From the human T2T-CHM13v2.0 reference genome, Homo sapiens: 64,000 nt of DNA. The notes below the pieces were generated by a model, which did no database searches, was not told the DNA's origin, and saw only the letters and a program-made list of their open reading frames with translations. Positions 53,962 through 64,000 of this stretch are shown here, piece after piece (the first letter of the stretch is position 1; the number at the start of each line of letters is the position of its first letter). The position numbers and the translations under genes are program-made. The stretch lies in assembly GCF_009914755.1 (NCBI RefSeq), contig NC_060928.1; one strand, given 5' to 3'.

Positions 53962-54019
53962 TGAAGTTAACCTTGAGAGAGGGAAAGGCTCTTGAAGTTA
54001 ACCTTGAGAGAGAGAAAGG
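53962..54019 (+). repeat. 31-bp tandem duplication
   Basis: TGAAGTTAACCTTGAGAGAG(G/A)GAAAGG at 53962 and 53993. Confidence 0.92.
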
Positions 54020-54319
54020 GATTATCTTCAAAGCTTGTCAATTCTCACTCAGTGAACAGCTGTTTCCTTCATGCTTTTCAGTATCATCAGCTGGCCCCTC
54101 AGTGACTTCTTAGAAATCTAGATTCTTCCATCATGGGGGCAGTATTTCAGCCAAGCCCAAAAGTATAAGGGAACCACCTGAAACAGGCAAGGTGCTAAGA
54201 AAAAGAAAAGAGAAACAATGTGTAAGAAGGCTCAATATTCACAACAAATACGTTATTTCTCTCTCTTCCAAGCTTATTTTACTTCTTCCTCCATAAAAGG
54301 TATCACCACTTGATGGTGA

Positions 54320-54524
54320 ATATATATTTTATCTATGTATAAAATTTTTAAATATAAATATATTTATATTATATATTATATATGTTTATAATAAATATAT
54401 TTATTTATATTAGGCAATATATATTATAGTACATGTATATATAATATATAAAATACATATGTAATATCTTATATATCATATATGTGTATATATATGCATG
54501 CACGTGTGTGGGTATATATGTATA
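54320..54524. repeat. AT-rich low-complexity / degenerate (TA)n tract
   Basis: Composition read directly. Confidence 0.85.
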
Positions 54525-57285
54525 ACAGGTTTGTTTTTATTTTCTTCCATTATAATAATGTATTGTACTTGAGAGCAAAGATTGTTTTTGTTATCTATCC
54601 CCAGAATAATGTCTAACACATAGTAGCTGCTAAATAACACTATGGTAAATAAATAAATGTGTCAGTAAATTTTAAAAAGTATCTGTATGAAGAGATTGAG
54701 TCCAAAATGAAACCGTTAAAATGATTTTTCCCTTCACTCTTGGTTATATAATTTTTCCCCATGGCAATGGATTTTCCTGTGCCAATTCTTCAAATCAGGG
54801 AGTTACACAGAAATTCACCTGATGAAAAGTTTTGGATTAGCATTTCATTTGCTATTGCAGATTAATTAACCAAAGCCAAAAATTAGCATGGTTTGTGTTT
54901 GGGGCAATTTGCGACAAATCATTTTTTCAGAAAATAATATCTGCCAGGCTAACAGAAATTATAAAGTTCTGATAAAAATGAACAAATATATTTTGCTGAA
55001 TTTTGATTATATTTCCCCTTGATTTAGAAAGTAATTTAAATCATTTTCAATACTGTCATTATACAGTTCATTATTTTTAATTTAATTTATTGCAAATAGG
55101 ACTATTTTTATGAATTTTAGGCATAATTTTAAATCATACTCTAGGTCGAGAAACCTTTTCCTACAGGATAGATATAAGATATTTTAAGGTATATTACTTA
55201 ACAATTTAAAGCACCCTATTTTGACATTATAAAATAGTATTTATTAATGTATCTGACATTGTAGCTTCATGGTAGCACATCTATGAATCTCCTTTTCATT
55301 TTGCTCCGCATTTACTAGTAGTTTTATTTGTATAATTTCTGTTTCCCAGTAGAAATAGTGAGAGAAAAATCAAATTAACTTTTTTTTATATTTTTGACTG
55401 TTATGCTTAGATGTTCCTTTTATCAAATTCAATATGCGATGCATTTTTTCAGTGTTTACAGTACATGCTAATATCACAGATTGTATTTCTACAGATAATT
55501 CTCTAAGAGACAGAATTATAATTTCACTTACTCATGTATTTATCATTTATTTTGTGATTACTATACATGTATTACCATACAAAGCATTTATGGGCAGACT
55601 GAAAACATTGTATTCTCTTTATATTTCCTAAACAAGAGATCATTTTGCATTAATAGTTGCCGTGACATAGAGAGATACTATATTGAATACTGCAAAATAA
55701 CTTAGCTGTTTCAAATATAAAATATTTGTATTGGAAATTTGTCTTGTTTTTTAAGAAACTTCCTTAACAGTTTGACCTGTTGCATCTTTTCTTGTTAGGA
55801 GAAGGATAATTTTAAAATAACTGTATATTTTAGTGACTATATCTCAAGGCATAGGTAACCTGTAGACATAAAAATAGGTTGGGGCAATATTTGCTTTTAT
55901 AATCCTTCATTAATCCACAACAAAGAAATGTCAGAGATTTGTATATTTTCCATTCGTATCTTTTAATAGTTTTTATTTCTCTGCTGAGATTTTTTTATCT
56001 CTCTATATTTTTCTACCTCATTGTTAAAATATGTATTTTTAAATATTTGTCTGCTAATATTAACTTTTGGGTCATCATGGGTTTCTTTTTTCCCTTTGAT
56101 TGGCTTTGAGTTATATTTTTCTAATTCTCATTGTGCTGAGTATTTTTATTGTATTCTGAACATTTTGAATATTATAATACACAGTACATTTTGTTATATT
56201 CCTCAGAAGAATGTTAATCATTTTGCTTAAAAGCAGGCAGTTTTTGTAAATAAACTCACATTGAATACTCTCTCTCACTCTTAAATGACATCTCCAACCT
56301 CCCGTAAGTTTGTTTAAACTTTAGCTGGTATCCGTCTTGCACATATATGGTTCAGAGATATGAGCAGTGTTTATAGGCAGAAATTAGGTTCCACATCTTT
56401 GACTCTCATATTTAAATAATCCCCATCAGGTGTCTGTATAATGATTATTTTCTATCAGAGATTTAGCCATCTTATTTCTGCCAGCTTCCTACTTTTGTTC
56501 AATCTTTAGCGGCTCCATGTAATTTCAAAAATGTTCAGAGTTTATGGTACTTCCTTGTCTCTTACAATTTTTGGTACTCCAAACATTTAAAGGTAAGATA
56601 ATAATCGATAATTACTTTTTGTTAGATTATTAAATCAAAAATTGTTAAATATTTAAAATAGCTGTGTTTTATTTCCTTTTTCTGTATTTGATTTTATATG
56701 TCAAAGAAATGATGACTAACTGTAGCTATGCTATTTTCATATGGAATATAAAATTATTCTGTCTCAAGTTACATCTTCTCTTAACTATAGAATTTTATGC
56801 GCAATTGACTTCTTGATCATTGTAATGTCTGTATGACATCTCTAATTAAATGTTACATAGGCATCTCAAACTTAATAATTTCTAAAAGGCATTTCTTAAT
56901 TTTCTAACAAAATGTCTCAGCCCTAATTCCCATCTCAGTGCCATTTACAAATACCTAAAGTAAAAAATCTATGGATTTAACTTTTGAATTTTTTTCTCTC
57001 AGTCTCTAAGTCCAAGCTATTATTCAATCTTATAAACCAAACCTTGAAACAATAATATGAATAAAACCCACTTAAAATTGCTAATAGTATTGCCCTATTA
57101 CAATTGTAACGTCAGTAGTTATGTCTTCCCTCTCACTCCTGATAATCTTAATTCATGTATTCTCTTTTTGCCTGTATAGGAAAGTTAGTTGTTTATCAAT
57201 TGTATTGATATCCAACAGCCAGCTTTTGTTTTATTTTTACATCATTTTTCTGTTTTCTATTTCACTGATTTCTGTTCTTTATTTC

Positions 57286-57702
57286 TGTGTCGGTCTGTTT
57301 TTGTGTTTCTATAAAGGAATATCTGAGACTGAGTAATTTGTAAAGAAAAGAAGTTTGTCTTGTGGTTCTGCTGGTTGTACAGGAAGTGTGGTACTCTGCT
57401 TAGCTTCTGGTGATCCCCAGGAAGCTTCTAATCATGGTGGAAGGCAAAGGGGGAGTAGTGCCTTACATAGTGACAGCAGGAGCAAGAGAGAGAGAAGAGG
57501 GAGGTCCCAGATGTTTTTAAACAACCAGATCTCTCATGCACTAGCTGAGCAAGAATTCACTTATCATCAAGGGGATAGTGCTAAACTATTCAAGAGGGAT
57601 CTATCCCCATGATTTAATTACCTCCCACTAGGCCCCATCTCCAATACTGGGAATCACATTTCAACATGAAATTTGATGGGGATAAACTTCCAAAACATAC
57701 CA
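57286..57702 (-). mobile_element. MSTB-like solo LTR
   Basis: TATAAAGGAATATCTGAGACTGAGTAATTT...CCTCCCACTAGGCCCCATCTCCAA...CCAAAACATACCA; TSD ATTTC / ATTAC. Confidence 0.88.
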
Positions 57703-58482
57703 ATTACGAATTTCTTTCTTCACTTTATTTTGCCCTTAATTTGGCCTTCATTATTTATGGTGGAAATTTATATCATTGCTTTATGAACTTTTCTAAGATA
57801 GATATTTAGTGCTATAATTTCTCTTTAATTTATTGTGTTTACTTTTACTTAATTTCATAGACTTGTTCATTTTCCTGGTGTTTTTTTCTTTAACAAATGA
57901 GTTATTTAGACACATGTCACTTCATTTTAAAATAATTTAAGATGTTTTAGACATCTTTCTGTAAATCATCTCTAACTGCATTTCATTGTTGTCAAAAGAC
58001 ACACACTGTATAACTTCAATACTTATACATTTGTCAAGTCTTATTTTCTGGGCTATACAACTGTATATCTTGGTAAATGTTCCTTATATGCACTTTCCTG
58101 TTATTGTGCAGTGGTTACAGTGTTCTATGGGTGTCACTTTATCCAAGTTGGTTTATGGTGTTGTTTAAGTCATCAGAATTCTTACAAAGTTCTGTTTACT
58201 TATTCTACTAATTTTTGACAGAAGAGTGTTTACTTCTTTGATTAATTATAAATTAATAATATCTCCTTTCAGTCCTATCATTTTTGCTTCATGTATTATG
58301 AACATCTGTTATTAGGTGAATAGAAGTTTAATATTGTTATGTCTTCTCAATGAATTGATCATTATAAAATTACTTTTAAAAATATCTAGTAATATTATCT
58401 AATCTAAAGTCTAACTTTGATATTAATATAAGTCATTCTAGACTTCTTTTGATTAGTATTATCATTGTAGATATTTTCCCAC

Positions 58483-59020
58483 TTATTAAATAGCTTTATT
58501 ATAGTCTACCTTAAGTAATGTTATACTACTTCTTATCGTATAGTGCAAGAATCTAACCCCAGTTTTCTATTTCCACTCTCTTGGAATTTGTGCCACATTT
58601 AAAAGTTTAACTTAATTATTCACATTTAAAGTGAGTTTCTTAGATCTTGCTTTTATATCTGATCTAACTTCTGCTTTGGTTAGATGTAATTAGACCATAT
58701 ATATTTTGCTGTGATTATTTTATATTTGAGCTTAAATCTCCCACATTGCTTCTTTTCTTTTATTTGTGACTTCTATTCTTTGTTATTCTCTGTTTTGTTT
58801 CTCTGTGCACTCTTGGGTTATTTTTAGGACTCCATTTTATGTCATTTTTGGCTCCTTAATTATGTCTGCTTGTGCTTTATTCTTAGCGATTGCCATAGTT
58901 TTTATACTAAATATCTTTATTATAGTCTACCTTAAGTAATGTTATACTACTTCTTATACTCCAATGTAAGAAATTAATCCCATAATTCTTCCATTTTCAC
59001 TCTTCTGGACTTTGTGCTAC
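58483..59020 (+). repeat. ~110-bp duplication within L1M, copies 421 bp apart
   Basis: 43-bp identity 58494-58536 = 58915-58957. Confidence 0.93.
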
Positions 59021-60048
59021 TATGGTCATACATGTTAATTACACATATGTTATAAAACCCACAATACTTGCTAATTCTTTAGCTTTTAACAATTATTTTA
59101 AAAGAGCTTTGTAAAGGGAAAATACAATATTTTATATTTACACTCATATTTAACTTTTCTATGAATCTTCATTCATTTACATGAATCCAGATTTTTATCT
59201 GAAATCATTTTCTTTCTGCCTGAGATGTCTTTCAAAATTTCTGATAGCTTGACTCAAGATAAATTTGTTCAGCTTTTGAAGATATAGGAAAGTATTAACT
59301 TTTCCTTTTTTTCTTCCTCTTTTTCTTTGCTGAGTATGGAATAATAAGGCATTGTATGACTCTTCTGGCTTGTTAAGACTGAATGGGAATATTCTGTCAT
59401 TCTTTATTTGTCTGTAAATAATCTGTCTTTCTAATTCTGGCTGCTTTTAAGATTTTCTTATTATTTCTTTTGTTAAGCAATGTCATATTAGTGATTTCAC
59501 GTAATAGCCTTCATTTTTTGTTTTATTTTGTCTGCGTGTAGTTTTTTTCAGTTTCTTGAATGTATATGTTCATAGTTTTCAACAAATTTCATAAAATTTG
59601 AAACATTTTGTCCATTACTTTTGTCAATATTTTTCTGCGCCCCTTTCTCCTATAAGAATTTTAATTACATGTATATTAGCCAACTTAAAATTGTTCACAG
59701 CTTACTGATGCTCTATTCTCGTTCTTTTTTTTTCTGTCTTTTTAATCTTTTGTTTCATTTTTCATGGTTTTCCTTTCTGTGTCATCAAGTTCACTTACCT
59801 TTTCTTCCATGTTGTTCTGTTGTTGATACCCTCCGGTGCACTTTTTAGCCAAGAAATTATATTTTTTTTCTCCAAAAGTTTGATTGGGTGTTTTATTTTG
59901 TTTTTCCAATATTCTCTGTTGTTAACATCTCATGCTTTCCTCCTCATTCTTGAACTGTCAAATATGATTATAATAACTTTGTTAATACCCTTGACTACTA
60001 ATTATAAGATTTTATCATTTCTCTGTTAGTTTTGATTAAGTTTTTTTA

Positions 60049-60050
<2 letters not shown>

Positions 60051-60079
<29 letters not shown>

Positions 60080-60362
60080 GAGACAGGGTCTTGCTCTTTC
60101 ATCCCAGCTGTAGTGCAGTGGCGGGATCCTGACTCCCTGCAGCCTTTGTTTCCCAGGTTCAAGGGATTCTCCTGCCTCAGCCTCCCAAGTAGCTGGGATC
60201 ACAGGCATGCACCACCACGTATGGCTATTTTTTGTATTTTTTAGTAGAGATGGTATTTCACCATGTTGGCCAGGCTGGTCTCAAACTGCTGACCTCAAGC
60301 AATCTGCCTGCCTCAGCCTCCCAAAGTGTTGGGATTACAGATGTGAGCCACCATCCCCTGCC
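60051..60362 (-). mobile_element. Alu (old, AluJb/Sz-like)
   Basis: Long T tract, GAGACAGGGTCTTGCTCT...GTGAGCCACCATCCCCTGCC. Confidence 0.95.
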
Positions 60363-62245
60363 CAATTAACATTTATCTGCTTATAGGCTACATTTTCTTG
60401 CTTATTTGTATGCTTGGGGTACAGATAGTCTATAATGTATCTTTTTGAATGCTGGATATTTTGTAATTTAAAAAACACATTTTATTTCCATTTTGGGACA
60501 CAGTGAAGTTACTCAAAAATATTATAAATCTTTCAAGGCTTACATTTAATCATCAGATGAGTAGGGCAAGAACAGTCTTTAGGTGTAATCTTTTTTGCCT
60601 ACTAATGAGGCAATAGAATTCTGAGTACTCTACTTGATGCCCCACATATTACAAGTTTATTCAACCCTTGCTAGTGGAACACAAACTATTCCAAATTCTA
60701 CGATCTCTTATGATTTTTCCAGACTCTTGTTTCTGGTGTATCCTCTCAACACCCTCTTTCTGCCTTGTGCTATGTAGTCACAGATATTTGCTGATAATTA
60801 CTCAATTGAAGTCTAGAAGGGAATGCTTTGCCGGTCTCCTGAGCTTCCTGAACTCTGAGCAATAATCTAATTTCCACACAGTTCACAGTTATCTACTCTG
60901 TAAACTCCGAATGCCATTGTGGCTTGAAAATCTTCCCTCTGTCTCTCCAGTCCAGGAAGACATCCTGCTCTGTTTGGATGACCTTCCCTAGTAATGTGGC
61001 CTGGACACTCTTTCTAGGCATTAAACTAGCAAAGTGGAGGGCTCACCTTGTTTTTTATTCTTTCACAACCACTATCTAGTGCTGCATATTATCCAATGTC
61101 TGCAATCTATTTTTTAAATATATTTTGTCAATTTGTTGATATGCTTAAGGCAAGAGATTAAGTCATTACTCATTACTCTGCCATGGCTTAAAAGGAAAGT
61201 CTGAAAATGGTGATCAAATTTAAATTTGTAATGAAATGGATGTTGAAAGCTATCTTTCAATAATTTGTTAAACTTCTTCTGTCACTTTATTTTCTATTAA
61301 TTAAAATTAAGGTATTATACATACTAAAGAAGCTAATTTCTTTACCAGAAGGAGAAGGTCTTCAGCCTCAGGCACCTAACAGGTATGGAAGGATTTTTCA
61401 CTGCAAGTTGTGTGAATGTGAGTGCTGTTAGTTCAAATATGTATAAAAGAGTCTGCAAACACCCAGGGGCAGGGCAGCTATTCTAGTTTAAGAATACCCT
61501 GAATCAAATTATTCTTTAATTTCGATAGAAAATGTGTAGACACAGCAGGAATCTGTTGCATTTATTATGTTAGTTGAGTTGTTAGTGAAGACATTTACCC
61601 TAGTCTATTTATAAAAGTAGCCTGCTAGCATATCTCCCAAATTGAAACTGCCTCCCTATTAATTCCATCTCAAGGCAGTCAGCGAAGATTTTGTATTGTG
61701 TTCAGGCAACCACTGCATCCTTTTTTCTTTTCATCCTTCTTCTTTCTTTCTTTCTTTCTTTATTATTTTTAGTAAAGTAAATCTTATTGGATTACCTCTC
61801 TGATGAAAACCATTCAGGACATTCTTATCTGACTTAGAATAAAATCCAAAATATTAACAGATACTAAAAACCCTGCATTATCTGCCTGCTTATTTTAAGG
61901 ACCTAGTAGTTTGTCCCTCTTTTTAAATATATCTTCTTTCAAATTAATTGAGTGTTTTTTATGGTATCATTGCATTTCCTTGTTTCAATATTAGCTATAC
62001 TTTTCTATGTTATAAATTAATATTTCAGCCTTAGGTTTTATAGTATAAACCTTTACACTTATTGCCATCTTCCTTAAAGTAATGTTATGACACTTCTGAT
62101 ATAAGAAACTGATAGCGCTGTATTTCTATGTCATTTCTTCCGGCTTTTATGCTATTTCTAAAGGAAATACTTCAGAAAGAGGGAAAATATTTTTAAATAG
62201 AAATCTAGATTAATTCAAGAAAATGAACAGTATTAGATATGATAA

Positions 62246-62694
62246 TGTGAATTCCCAAAATTTGAGAGAGGTATCAGTTAATTTAGAAAGTGTATTTTGC
62301 CAAGGTTGAGGATGTGTGCCCATGACACAGCCTCAGGAGGTCCTGATGACATGTGCCCAAGGTGATCAGAGCATAGTTTGGTTCTAATTATTTTAGGGAA
62401 ACATCAGACCTCAATCAACATATCTAAGATGAACATTAGTTTGGTTTGGAAAGGTGGGACAACTCAAAGTGGAGAGGGGGCTTCCAGGTCGTAGGTAGAT
62501 ACAAGACAAATGGTTGAATTATTTGAAGTTCCTGATTAGCCTTTCCAAAGGAGGCAATCAGATACGAATTTATTTCACTGAACAGAAGGATAACTTTGAA
62601 TAGAATGGGAGGCCGGTTTGCTCTAAACAGTTCCAAGCTTCACTTTTCCCTTTAGTTTAGTGATTTTGGGGGCCCAATATAATTTTCTTTCACA
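62246..62694 (-). mobile_element. MER4A-type LTR (3' LTR of a minus-strand provirus)
   Basis: TTTAGAAAGTGTATTTTGCCAAGGTTGAGGA...GACACAGCCTCAGGAGGTCCTGATGACATGTGCCCAAGG...TTTCACA, adjoined by a polypurine tract on the minus strand. Confidence 0.88.
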
Positions 62695-64000
62695 CTTCCC
62701 CCCCTTTCCTTTTTAAAATCTTTTGGATAAAGCATTTTAGAAGAAAATGAGTCTCTGTTTCCAGGTTTCATCTGAACTCTCATAACTAGGATGTTTTATT
62801 CCTAGACAGGTAGGTATTGAGTTATTAGGAAAGCTCATTTTTAGAAGGTTGTGAAGTCTCATGTTCTGCGAAGATAAAATAGGGGGAGGAAGGGAGAAAA
62901 ACAACAACAAACAAAATAACAATTCTGGAAAATTGATATAGCCCACATTACTCCAAAGTCCATGCATCAGTAGACAGTATGAAAGTGGTATATGTACGTA
63001 AATAGATTGCCATTACTTTCTTCTGAATTTAGGTTTTCTAGCTTAGTTTGCAGGGCTTTACAAAAGTACAGCTTAGTTTCCAGTAACTCCAAATTAGGAA
63101 AAATGGGAAAAACAAAGTTGAGAACTTGTAGCCAAGAAAAGTTAGAATTCCATCCAAAGTGTAGAAAATAATAAAATTGAAAAACATTCAGCAAGACTAA
63201 GAATCTAACAATAGCCGTACTATAGTTTTTGAAACATAATTTTTCTTTCTCCAGTTACCCATTTTTACTAAAAGCAAATCATGATATGACTGATTTGCTT
63301 TATTGTACTTGGCCTAATATCTTGTATACAGTACAGCAAGAATAATTGTTTTTAACGTGGGCTTTTAAATTGGCTTTGATGGAACTTTGTTCCATAGAAG
63401 GAATCTCAGATAAGAGTTTTTTGAAACCAAGCCAAGCCATAGAATTGTGCAATCAAATATCTATGAGTTGAGTGATCCTTTCGTCTTTAAGTTCCAAGAT
63501 GAACTTGGGGCTCCTGGGCCAGTTAGAAAGTGGCATTCTTTACTTACCACAGGTCAGGAACCCTGTACAGTGAAGGTATGAGGCCAGTTTCCCAAGGGGC
63601 TTTATTGGCTTTATAAGTCAAGTTTTATTACTTAAAGGAAAGACACCATTCTAGTCAAAGCCTTGGTAAAATAACCAGTTTCTCCAATTGTGTCCTGTTG
63701 CAAAATGAAAACAGATTCTTATTGCACTTATGCAAATAACTGTATTGCCATAAGTTAGGAATATTTACAAATAGTTTTCAAATTCTGGAGAAATCAGGTA
63801 GAGAGATAAAACATATGCTCCAAATTTTGTTCATAAGAGTATACCAAATTGTATACTAAACCTGATCAATAGCTCAAAAAAAAGTTTCATTGACTCTGAA
63901 AAAAAAAAACAAAGAATCAGCAACATTTAAAGCAAAAAAAGCCAAAGAGATTACTTTAGTTTTCTAACCATTCAGTTTATGCACTTAACTTCTGTTCTGC
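62695..64000 (-). mobile_element. MER4-group internal sequence, runs off the window
   Basis: PPT complement CTTCCCCCCC; TTTTAAATTGGCTTTGATGGAACTTTGTTCCATAGAAGGAATCTCAGATAAG and AAATTCTGGAGAAATCAGG. Confidence 0.85.

Larger units (their letters stand above)
55930..61205 (-). mobile_element. Cluster of ancient L1M (L1MC/MD/ME-like) fragments, interrupted by L2-like, MST and Alu insertions
   Basis: Antisense L1 phrases, e.g. TTTTTGCTTCATGTATT...CTGTTATTAGGTG, TCTGGCTGCTTTTAAGATTTTCT. Confidence 0.7.

Overview
AT-rich, CpG-depleted primate (very probably human) intergenic or deep-intronic DNA. I found no credible cellular protein-coding gene, RNA gene, CpG island or CRISPR array. The ORF track mostly reflects translated repeats. 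The window holds 10 Alus (S and J types), several MaLR/ERVL/ERV1 LTRs, and a complete THE1D/MSTA-type element (48192-50482, minus). It also holds a 3'-truncated LTR9/HUERS-P3-type ERV1 provirus (36956-~43690) with decayed gag-pro-pol, an ERVL integrase relic, the end of a MER4 provirus, and old L1M, L2, MIR and hAT fragments. The most notable structure that repeat annotation does not explain is a set of local templated rearrangements. The integrase C-terminus of the ERV1 provirus is inverted and relocated upstream inside pol, with a shared 9-mer, a fold-back junction and filler sequence. There are also three non-tandem local duplications of 110-165 bp, an in-frame duplication of the protease DTG motif, and a perfect 15-bp hairpin inside an L1. 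Subfamily names come from remembered consensus sequences, not from a search. I see no evidence for a new coding system.
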